64,000 nt of DNA from Macrostomum lignano (lineage: Eukaryota): assembly GCA_002269645.1 (NCBI GenBank), contig NIVC01001940.1:62001-126000 (forward strand), given 5' to 3'. The translations under genes were made by a program, and so were the position numbers. Positions within the stretch are counted from its first letter, which is position 1. Every line of letters starts with the position of its first letter. The notes under the pieces are model-generated. The model was not told the origin of the DNA and ran no database searches. It saw nothing but the letters and a program-made list of their open reading frames with translations. Of the stretch, positions 34,401 through 44,353 are shown piece by piece.

Positions 34401-37400
34401 AGATCATTGAAATGGGATAGGGGATTAGGGGGATTGGGATCATTTAAATATGATAGGGGATTAGGGGGGTTGAGATCATTGAAATGGTATAGGGATAAGG
34501 GGGATTGGGATCATTGAAATTTGATAAGGGATTGGGATCACTGAAATGGGATTGGGGATTAGGGGGATTGGGATCATTGAAATGGGATAAGGGATTGGGA
34601 TCATTGAAATGGGATAGGGGATTAGGGGGATTGGGATCATTGAAATGGGATAGGGGATTAGGGGGATTGGGATCATTGAAATGGGATAGGGGATTAGGGG
34701 GATTGGGATCATTGAAATGGGATTGGGGATTAGGGGCTTGAGATTATTGAAATGGGATAGGGGATTAGGGGGATTGGGATCATTGAAATGGGATTGGGGA
34801 TTAGGGGCTTGAGATCATTGAAATGGGATTGGGAATTAGGGGCTTGAGATCATTGAAATGGGATAGGGGATTAGGGGGATTGGGATCATTTAAATATGAT
34901 AGGGGATTAGGGGGGGGGTTGAGATCATTGAAATGGTATAGGGATAAGGGGATTGGGATCATTGAAATTTGATAAGGGATTGGGATCACTGAAATGGGAT
35001 TGGGGATTAGGGGGATTGGGATCATTGAAATGGGATAAGGGATTGGGATCATTGAAATGGGATAGGGGAGTGGGGGATTCGGATCATTGAAATGGGATTG
35101 GGGATTAGGAGGGTTGGGATCATTGAAATGGGATTGGGGATTAGGAGGGTTGGGATCATTGAAATGGGATTGGGGATTAGGAGGGTTGGGATCATTGAAA
35201 TAAGATTGGGGATTAGGAGGGTTGGGATCATTGATATGGGATTGAGGGTTGGGAGGGTCGGGATCATTGGAGTGGGATTAAAGAAAACTTAGGGATTTAC
35301 TAGACAAAAATATGATATCTGGGATCAATGAAATAGGATTAACAGAGTCCATGGTGATCTGAGTTTTTAAATGCAACGGCAAATCAAATGTATAAAGATT
35401 GATGACCTCCACAGGGTTGCTAAATTGGAGGCAATAATTGGCCCTTTTCGGAATGGAGTTTCATGCATGAGCAACCCGCCGCACTCACCCTAACAGTCGG
35501 ATCTTCTACAGCCCGTTCAAGCCAGGTCTTAGCTAGTCCGTCTTGAATCTCTCTCTGCCTCAATCGGCGCTCCTTATGACGCTGAGATTTCTGCTTTTTC
35601 TTGTGCACCTTGACCAGTTTCGACAGCTTAGCAGTGAACTGGTCAGTCTGCTCTAGCAGATAGTGCAGTCTCTGGTCCTTCTGCTTGTCAATTAGCTCCC
35701 TGTAGCCTTTCTCGTCCTCGGCCATCAGCCGGCGCATTCGTTCCCGTTCAATCCGGCGAGCCTCCCTCTCGGTGTTGGCGTGCCAGGCCATCACCAGCCG
35801 GTTGAGCTTAACCAATCGCGAATTAGCCAGCTTGTAGAACTCGCGCAGCTCTTTGCCGTGGGCCAGTACGGCATTGAGAAACTCTTGATGCTTCTGCTTT
35901 TGGCGCTTCTCCGCCTCCATCTGGCGGAGCAGCTCGGTGCGGACTGTGCCGCGAGCCTCGCGCAGGGCCACCTTTTTGGGCTTCTTGTAGGCGCGAGCGT
36001 TTAGCGCCGTGTCAAGACTGCTATCGCGGCGCGCGGTGCTGATCACCTGGGCGGGAGCGAATAGTATTACAGAATACAGGCTACTGATGAAGGGCAGTCT
36101 CTAAAGCCTCAATAATACAGTGAGATGCCCCCCAGACAGTGACGAAACTACGAGTACAAAAGTGACTAAACATTGTTGATTATCCTCCAAATAGACAGTC
36201 CCACAGACAGTGACAGTACTACATACAATGACAGTCCCACAGACAATGACAGTCCTACAGTCAGTGACAGTCCTACAGACAGTGACAATCCTACACACAG
36301 TGACAGTACTACATACAATGACAGTCCCACAGACAGTGACAGTCCTACAGTCAGTGACAGTCCTACAGACAGTGACAGTCCTACAGACAGTGACAATCCT
36401 ACAGACAGTGACAGTCCTACACACAGTGACAGTTCTACAGTCAGTGACAGTCCTACACACAGTGACAGTCCTACAGACAGTGACAGTCCTACAGACAGTG
36501 ACAATCCTACAGACAGTGACAGTCCTACAGACAGTGACAGTCCTACACACAGTGACAGTTCTACAGTCAGTGACAGTCCTACACACAGTGACAGTCCTAC
36601 AGACAGTGACAATCCTACAGACAGTGACAGTCCTTCAGACAGTGACAATCCTACACACACACAGTGACAGTCCTACAGTCAGTGACAGTCCTACACACAG
36701 TGACAGTTCTACAGTCAGTGACAGTCCTACACACAGTGACAGTTCTACAGTCAGTGACAGGAAAACCCCTTCAGACAATCCTACAGACGCGACCACGCAG
36801 GAACAGGCCTGCGAGCGTACAGATAGTAATATGATATGATGATGACTCACCTCCTGTCGCAACTGACGCTGAAAGTTAAGCAGACGCAAAGCTCGCAGCT
36901 CAATCTGCAGCCGAGTCCGAGCTTCCTCGCTAACCGAAGCGGACATCTGCTCCAATTCACCAATGCGACCAACTATGCGGCTTTGCATTCGAAGTTCGCG
37001 TTCTTTGAGCAGCTCAACAGGGTCCAGGCCTGGCGGGCGGTCCGTTGGCACGAGGCAGTGTACAACTGGCAGGGCAGGCTGCTGCTGTGTGATAGACACT
37101 GACTGAACTGGCAGCTGCTGCTGCTGAGACTGCTGAGTCACCGATTGTGTTGGCTGCTGGACAATTGTCTGCTGCTGCTGTTGCTGCTGCTGCGGATGCG
37201 ACAAAGCCAAGTGATGATGCTGAATCTGAACTGACTGATGATGCTGGAGCAGCGGCAGCGATACAGACACGGGTAGGTGGGTCGCCGTGGCAACGCCGCC
37301 GCCAGCTGCCCCGGTAGCGCCAGCTTGTTGGACAACGGCCACCTGTTAGTTAGTAGTATGGGATGGTTTTCTATAGAATTTATAGTTAGGTCAAAAGTAG

Positions 37401-39050
37401 CATCACGGGACATATGAACCCACTACTGCCATCTATTCCCGATCCTTCAGTAGGTCACTACTGCCCTCTATTCCCGATGCTTCAGGTCACTACTGCCCTC
37501 TATTCCCGATGCTTCAGGTCACTACTGCCCCTATTCCCGATGCTTCAGGTCACTACTGCCCTCTATTCCCGATGCTTCAGGTCACTACTGCCCTCTATTC
37601 CCGATCCTTCAGGTCACTACTGCCCTCTATTCCCGATCCTTCAACAGGTTACTACTGCCCTCTATTCCCGATCCTTCAATAGGTTACTACTGTCCTCTAT
37701 TCCCGATCCTTCAGTAGGTCACTACTGCCCTCTATTCCCGATGCTTCAGCAGGTCACTACTGCCCTCTATTCCCGATGCTTCAGCAGGTCACTACTGCCC
37801 TCTATTCCCGATCCTTCAGCAGGTCACTACTGCCCTCTATTCCCGATGCTTCAGCAGGTCACTACTGCCCTCTATTCCCGATGCTTCAGCAGGTCACTAC
37901 TGCCCTCTATTCCCGATGCTTCAGCAGGTCACTACTGCCCTCTATTCCCGATCCTTCAGTAGGTCACTACTGCCCTCTATTCCCGATGCTTCAGTAGGTC
38001 ACTACTGCCCCTATTCCCGATCCTTCAGCAGGTCACTACTGCCCCTATTCCCGATCCTTCAGCAGGTCACTACTGCCCCTATTCCCGATCCTTCAGCAGG
38101 TCACTACTGCCCTCTATTCCCGATCCTTCAGCAGGTCACTACTGCCCTCTATTCCCGATGCTTCAGTAGGTCACTACTGCCCTCTATTCCCGATGCTTCA
38201 GCAGGTCACTACTGCCCTCTATTCCCGATGCTTCAGCAGGTCACTACTGCCCTCTATTCCCGATCCTTCAGGTCACTACTGCCCTCTATTCCCGATGCTT
38301 CAGTAGGTCACTACTGCCCTCTATTCCCGATGCTTCAGCAGGTCACTACTGCCCTCTATTCCCGATGCTTCAGCAGGTCACTACTGCCCTCTATTCCCGA
38401 TGCTTCAGCAGGTCACTACTGCCCTCTATTCCCGATGCTTCAGCAGGTCACTACTGCCCTCTATTCCCGATCCTTCAGTAGGTCACTACTGCCCTCTATT
38501 CCCGATCCTTCAGCAGGTCACTACTGCCCTCTATTCCCGATGCTTCAGCAGGTCACTACTGCCCTCTATTCCCGATCCTTCAGTAGGTCACTACTGCCCT
38601 CTATTCCCGATCCTCCAGCAGGTCACTACTGCCCTCAATCTTGACAAGCCTACACTGCCCACTCTCTTCTCGCACCTTCGGCAGAGCGGACATGGACACA
38701 GTTACAGCAGACGGCTGCACAGCTGTAGACAAGCCAGCAGACAAAGCCACCACAGCCGTGCCAGGCAGTGCTGTGGCCATCACTTCAGACACAACAGTAG
38801 CCACAGGAGCCGACTGAATCTGGCTAGACTGGGCCAGTAGCTGAGCAATATTCTCAGGCACAGGCCGAGTCAGCGAGCTGCCCATAGCCTGCGCTCTCAG
38901 CGCATCTGGTATCGGCTGATTCCGGCTCAAACTCTTGTAGGCATTGATTTGAGCTCTCAGCTGGGACAGCTGCGCAGGTGAGAATGGCGATCCCTCCGGT
39001 TGCTGATTGACAGAAGACTGTGGCGCTATTGTTGCCATGCTGTGGGACAT
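21529..39050 (-). CDS. brm: Brahma / SMARCA2-SMARCA4-type SWI/SNF chromatin-remodelling ATPase, 10 coding exons, one apparent frameshift near 33956
   Basis: Exons 39050-38676 (QLQ), 37342-36851, 36046-35489 (HSA), 34207-33608 (BRK, ATPase motif I GLGKT), 32913-32333 (DEGH), 31466-31215, 29797-29443 (helicase [12 protein letters not shown]), 25654-25197 (SnAC), 23807-23264 (bromodomain) and 22445-21529 (acidic tail). Splice phases are consistent once one base is restored in exon 4. Confidence 0.95.
21640..21935. repeat. 18-bp coding minisatellite in brm exon 10
   Basis: gcttccggagctacttcc units encoding PEAEV[A/S] on the minus strand. Confidence 0.92.
22545..23200. repeat. 23-bp minisatellite (brm intron 9)
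   Basis: gtgaatctctaatgagtggaaga units. Confidence 0.95.
23264..23807 (-). CDS. brm: brm exon 9 (bromodomain)
   Basis: [23 protein letters not shown]...NARTYN. Confidence 0.92.
23894..24196 (+). mobile_element. tRNA-derived SINE with CORE-like central domain, copy 1
   Basis: A box TAGCCTAGTGG, B box GGTTCGATTC, CORE-like block AGCAAGACACTTAAC...CTGTAAAATGGG, (TTA)n tail. Confidence 0.85.
24290..25152. repeat. 55-bp minisatellite (brm intron 8)
   Basis: agagtcagataaagagtcagacagtcccatcccagagtcacacatttcagacgcg units. Confidence 0.95.
25197..25654 (-). CDS. brm: brm exon 8 (SnAC region)
   Basis: [35 protein letters not shown]. Confidence 0.92.
25810..26675 (+). mobile_element. Non-coding retro-like insert (putative internally deleted LINE derivative)
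   Basis: GC-rich island in an AT-rich intron, (TTAG)n-like 3' end, candidate TSD TTTTTTTCT at 25801-25809 and 26676-26684, motifs collinear with the LOA-like 5' UTR. Confidence 0.5.
26955..28583 (+). pseudogene. Degenerate piggyBac (PGBD4-like) transposase in brm intron 7, antisense to the host
   Basis: [46 protein letters not shown] and a Cys-rich tail [16 protein letters not shown]; multiple frameshifts; no matching TIR pair found. Confidence 0.85.
29443..29797 (-). CDS. brm: brm exon 7 (helicase C-terminal domain)
   Basis: [43 protein letters not shown]. Confidence 0.95.
29861..30471 (-). mobile_element. Same SINE family, copy 2, interrupted by a MITE
   Basis: Close homology to copy 1; 22-bp flanking duplication with 1 mismatch (29839-29860 / 30472-30493). 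Confidence 0.85.
30112..30405. mobile_element. MITE with CATACATGCGCAAC TIRs and 8-bp TSD (hAT- or P-type), copy 1
   Basis: TIRs at both ends; TSD GTCGAGAA. Confidence 0.9.
31215..31466 (-). CDS. brm: brm exon 6
   Basis: [30 protein letters not shown]. Confidence 0.95.
31565..32270. repeat. 22-bp minisatellite (brm intron 5)
   Basis: gattctgagtgacttgttgaca units. Confidence 0.95.
32333..32913 (-). CDS. brm: brm exon 5 (SNF2_N, DEGH box)
   Basis: [31 protein letters not shown]. Confidence 0.95.
33040..33525. repeat. ~20-bp minisatellite (brm intron 4)
   Basis: gatcttgaggatttagggct and gattatcaaggatttagaggc units. Confidence 0.9.
33608..34207 (-). CDS. brm: brm exon 4 (BRK plus start of SNF2 ATPase; frameshifted)
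   Basis: [10 protein letters not shown]...WLADHPGW in one frame, then [35 protein letters not shown] in another. Confidence 0.9.
34210..35270. repeat. 36-bp G-rich minisatellite (brm intron 3)
   Basis: gggattggggattagggggattgggatcattgaaat units running up to the acceptor. Confidence 0.93.
35489..36046 (-). CDS. brm: brm exon 3 (HSA domain)
   Basis: [34 protein letters not shown]. Confidence 0.93.
36185..36770. repeat. 18-bp minisatellite (brm intron 2)
   Basis: gacagtcctacagacagt units. Confidence 0.93.
36851..37342 (-). CDS. brm: brm exon 2 (Gln-rich segment, pre-HSA)
   Basis: [12 protein letters not shown]...[18 protein letters not shown]. Confidence 0.9.
37418..38637. repeat. 35-bp minisatellite (brm intron 1)
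   Basis: cagcaggtcactactgccctctattcccgatgctt units. Confidence 0.95.
38676..39050 (-). CDS. brm: brm exon 1 (QLQ domain)
   Basis: [26 protein letters not shown]; AAG|gtgcg donor. Confidence 0.85.
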
Positions 39051-39857
39051 GGAGCAAAGTATGTTTTAAGCCTTAATCTATAGCAGAAGAATTTGATAAA
39101 TTACCAGATTCAAATCATCAAATCATCATTCTAGCATTGGTGGTCTCAAAACAATTTTACCAGCATAGCAACAAGATGGCATTGCTTATTAAAGGCCTAT
39201 ATTTAGCTAGGATTATTAGGATTAGTTCAAAAGATATAATGTGTAATAGTATGTATGGCGACCCCTAGTCTTTCAAGACTGAACAACTATATGCAGACTT
39301 CAGATGTGCTATGCAATAGCTGCAGCTAAGCTATTGGTGCACATCTACCCATTGGGGTAGGTATAATCAATTATTATTATTAGGCCTTAAACAAATAAAA
39401 AACCTATAGCATAGTCACTAAAAGTAGATAGGCATTTAAGACATTTTGCTAAGCAAATATTTAGACAAATTGTTTTTTGATAAACAAAAGTTTCTAGACT
39501 AAGATTACCATTTTTATAAGAATGCTTATGCCAATTGAAATTTTAGATACAATACAACTTTTAACTAACTGTTTTAATTAGCATCATAAAATATTAGAAG
39601 AATTGGTCTAGCAGATAAGAAGTTAGATGTGATAATATGGCAAAATTTAAAGATTTTTAGGCCCCTATTATGATTTTGATTTTGGTTTTCTAAATTTCAG
39701 AAATTTTAAGTGCAAATTTTTATTTAAAAAATGTTGCTTTCTAAGTGGACTGATTTTTTGCTTGGAGTCTAGTTCCAATTTTTCGATTTAATAGGGCCTA
39801 CTCTTAGAACTTCAATACTGTTTAGGCCTAATCTACACTCTCGAATCTGTTATATGG

Positions 39858-40312
39858 TACGCCAGAAAAAATGACCCCTTACGCCATAAATTTAAGTTTA
39901 TGCCAGAAAAAAATTTTGTACATGATATATATGCCGGAATGAAATTGCAACGTTACGCCAAATTGAAACTCAAATTTTAGGTCCCTTTTCTTTTTGAGTA
40001 AAATTACCTTTTACTTTATTAAACACAAAAATCTGGAAATAAATAAATAGTAACTGTTGTATAGTGTTTCTTGTTTTGTATTTTGTTTTAACATTTTGTT
40101 TATAAAAACATTTTTAAACGTTTTTTGTACGTCAATTGAATATACAATACGTGAATACATCATTTTATATGTCTACTGCCACGCCAAACATATATGCCAG
40201 ACACCGATACGCCGGCGCAGTGGCGCACAATTGGCATAGCTGTTGTGTTATGCCGGATGTTATACGCCAAGCATATTTTCAGGTCTACTGTACGCCAGAA
40301 TTTTCTGGCGTA
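39858..40312. mobile_element. Putative non-autonomous DNA transposon with repeated (T)A[C/T]GCCA motifs
   Basis: TACGCCAGAAAA at the left end, TTTTCTGGCGTA at the right end, many internal AYGCCR motifs. Confidence 0.4.
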
Positions 40313-41157
40313 TATATAAGATTTGGGAGTGGGGGGCCTAATGATTATGATTTTTAAAAGCTAGGCCTATTTTGTCATATTTTTGTAGACCTATAAATTG
40401 ATCTAATTAGAAAATACACAATTGATAATATGCTATGGATATTGTACATCAACATCTTGAAATTGAAATTTGAAAATGGTTGAACTTATAGTAATTAAAA
40501 CATGTAAATTCACAAGAACTATGGTTTTTGCTAGCTAATATATTATGGCAATAACCATTTTGGTGATAGACTGAAAACCCATAGCAGCAACATAGACTAA
40601 TAGGTTGTAATAAATAAATAAATAAATAAAATTAGGCCTTACAAATTAAAAATAAAACAAATAAAATTACTGTTTAGGCCTACTATGCTACAGGTGCATT
40701 CAGGTGGCTACAGGCAAGCAAGAGTGCTTTTTTATAAGCCTAGTTGATTGCAAAAAATCAGCACAGATATAATTGCAGATGTAGCTAGTCAAAGCTATCT
40801 AGTCTTTATAGTTGACAGTATTGATACTATGTCATGTCACACCATTGTTGCAAGTCTTATGCTGCCATCGGGAGCACTGATTGCATTGCAATGCTTGTTG
40901 TCTGCTTCGGCAATCCTACACTTCCGTTTGGTAAATTATTTTCACATTTGAATTCGTACCACCGAGTCAAATGACGTTGATTGGCAATGTGTCTATGGCC
41001 AAAAGTTTGAGCGAATAGAGTTTAAAGGGGTGCAAACTATTCTAAACTAAACTATAGTCTAAACCATAGACTATTTGGCTTCTGACTGAGCCATAGATAT
41101 TTTTTCCGGTCGGAAGCACACTGGTCCCTGTACAAAAGGAATGGGCAACACGAACAG

Positions 41158-41458
41158 CATACATGCGCAACAGTCGGCCGAGTCGGCCGATCCGGCCGAC
41201 CGATTTGGCAGCCAATCAAGGAAGTCGCAAAAATGCCCACCCGAAAAAATACCAAAGTAGTATTACTAAGTAGCTGACGAGGCATTTTGACCTAATAAGA
41301 CAGTCATAGTTACTCCTGCCGTTTACCCAAAGTTGCGTTAATTTTGCGTATGGTTTTTTTAATTACATGTAAGTCGCATTTTTGGCCAAAAACTACGTCG
41401 CATTTTTGTTAAAACTAAGTCGCATGGCCGACTGAATTTTGGAGGTTGCGCATGTATG
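41158..41458. mobile_element. Same MITE family, copy 2
   Basis: Same TIRs and internal sequence; TSD ACGAACAG. Confidence 0.9.
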
Positions 41459-43119
41459 ACGAACAGTATAAGAAACGTTCTTTTTCCTAGCCCCAGTCAG
41501 TTCAAACAGAGAAGCTGATCCATCTCCTTACTCGTCTAGCTTTTTGACAGTTTGTTTTATTGAGCTTCTCATATCTTCCTGTCTTCATTGCCATGGCTAG
41601 GCGACCTGCAGCACCCGGGTTCATCATCCCATTAAATGAGGTTCAAAACACCGCCGAGCTACTCAATCTCAACATGTCGCTACGGGATCTGCACATCGTC
41701 ACCCAGGACACCCTGTCTGCAATGCAGTGGTTTCAAATTCAAAATTCAAATGTCAAAATAATTTACCGAACGAAAGTGTAGGATTGCCTCTGCTTCTTTA
41801 TGACAAAAAACACAATTAGACATGATTGTTAATAGAGGACTGACTGGCTGACCTACTTATATCGTATTGGACCTCACTTTAAGCTGCAATATAGGGCTAC
41901 CCACAATGCAGATGGCTTGAAGATTGCATATGGGAATTTGTATATTACATAGGCCCTAGATTGTATTTGTCAATGAGAAATACTGATAGATCATTACATT
42001 AGGCCTAGTTACAATTTGTTTAGAAGTGCAAGCTGGGAATTTGTATTTACATATTTGTACTTCTTAATGATACACAGAGAGATCATTACAATTCATTTAT
42101 GAGCGCATATGGGCCAAAAGTCACGGAAAAAACGTAAAATAGTGCCTAGGCCTATCGTAAAATTGAAATAGGTTCATTTCAATTGAACCAGAGAAAACCG
42201 AAATATACACTGCAAACTAGACAAAAAATGGAACACAAGAGTTTTTAACTATCTTAAAATGCGCAACGCGAGCCAACTTATGTTAGACGGAAGTTTGGGT
42301 AGAAAAATTTTTTGGTAGAAAAACCAAAGTGAGGACGCAACTTAAAAAACCGATGTTTTGGAAAATTGAAATTTAGAGTAAATTAAGCCCATATAAACAC
42401 AAATAAAGACCATATATGAGTAGAGTAGCAATTAAAGTGTGTTCTAGGACGTCGCACAAGCCAATTACAGGAACTTTCAGCAGCAGAAAAATATGAAAAT
42501 TTCAGCAGACACTTCCTGTCCTGCTCATCTCATAGCAGTCGGGCTTCAAACACGGATAATGAAGTAAGCCCAACGGGAAGCTCTAATCCATAGATAATCA
42601 AAAATAGTATCCGTCTTTAGTATCTGTGCTCTAATCAGTGACGCGTCCAAGGGGGGCTAGGGGGGGGGGCCTGGGCCCCCCCAATTAAGCCACGGGCCCC
42701 CCTGTGGCCCTCCCAATTAAGCCACGGGCCCCCCTGTGGCCCACCCCCACTTTCAGTTTTTTTTCACTTTGGATTTCCAAAAGTTTCCAATAGTTTGAAA
42801 AACCCATTTTTTTCTTTTTTGCAATTTTAATTTTAGAAACAATAGTTTTTATACGAGCACTTGTAAGCTGTTGAAACCTGTGGATCTTGAACCCGTGGAA
42901 TTCCAATCCCCGGAATTATTTTCGCACATTCTAGAATTTGAAGTCATACTCAAACAAAAACTTGTTAATAGTTAGGATGGAGATGAACATAAAATGGAGT
43001 AAATTCGTGTAAAATTAAGATTTGAGGCAAGCATTGATCTCGTTGGCTGGGGTGCTGTGCAGAATATCAGGCAATGTTGATCTAAAACATGTATTGGAAA
43101 AGTCGGGAAAACTCTGACC

Positions 43120-43928
43120 TCTGTCTCTGCCTCTCTCTACATGTACATCCCTCGGATCCTTTGAAACTTCTATCTTTGCTTCTGTTTCCTCTCTTTTCTC
43201 TCATCTTTCGTCTCTCCTGTCATCTCTTCTTTCCTAGCTCTTTCCTCTCTTCTCTCTCCCCTCTTCTTTTGTCTCTTCCCCACCTCTCTTCTCTCACGTC
43301 TTTTCTCATCTCTTCCCTGTTCTTTCCTCTCTCCTCTTTCCTCACTTTTTTCTCTCTGCTCTCCTCTCTCCTCTTTCCCCTCTACTCTCGTCTCTTCCCT
43401 TTCCTCTCTTTTCTCTCCTCTCTTCTCTTCTCTCTCATCTCTCTCATCTCATATCTTCTCTCTTATTTCCTCTCTCCTCTCTCCTCTTACTTATCTCTCT
43501 GCTCTCCACTCCCCATCTCTCTTCTCTCTACTTTCTCCCCTCTCCATTCTCTTCTTTCCTCTCCCCTCTCTCCCCTGTTGTCGATTCTCTCCCCTCTTCT
43601 CTCTTTACTCCACTTCTTTCTCCCTTTGTATCTCTTCTCTGCTCTTACACATTTTTCTTCTCCATACTCTCTCCTCTCGTCTCCATAATCTCTTCTCTGT
43701 CCTCTGTTCTCTCTACTCTCCCATCTCTTGTCTGTTTACTGTCGTCTCTGTTCTCTGTTCTCCCCTCTCTCTTCTGTCAACTTTAATCTCTTATATGTTC
43801 TCTCATGTCTTTCCCCTATACTCTTTTATTTCCCGTCTTTGACTCCTCTCTTTCCTTTCTCCTCTCTTCTCTTCTCTTGTCTCTTCTCTTCTCTCTCCAC
43901 TCTCCTCTCTCTTCTCTTCTCTCTTTGG
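43120..43928. repeat. CT-rich low-complexity tract
   Basis: Almost pure pyrimidines, no fixed period. Confidence 0.9.
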
Positions 43929-44353
43929 TAATTAAAATGTACGTATTTTTTTCTTAGAAACACGTCACTTTAAACAAGAAGTATACGTCTTTTTCGATAC
44001 CGACTTATTTTAGCAAGGCTTCAAATTACGAGCGACTGATCTAGGGTATGTACTTTAATTTAAACTTAACATCCTGCACACATCTCTTTACACTATTGGG
44101 TGAAATGACGAAATGACTATTTGAAGAAAAGGCTTTTGACGAAGGGTTTCTTGACGAAATGTCCATCCGCCTTTCCATATTGCTTGTTCTGGTTGTAGAT
44201 CACAGATCTAATTTCTAAAGTATAACTGTCACCTAAACTAGTACTATAGAGTTGTAAGACACGGGCGTAGCCTATCGGGGAATTTCCCATTCACTTTCCG
44301 TTTTGTTTCGTCTTTACGACTCGTTCGGGTATCTATGTGTATATATATATATA

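Noticed and set aside
43089-43931. Leu/Ser-rich 199-aa membrane-like ORF
   Set aside because: Translation of a CT-rich low-complexity tract
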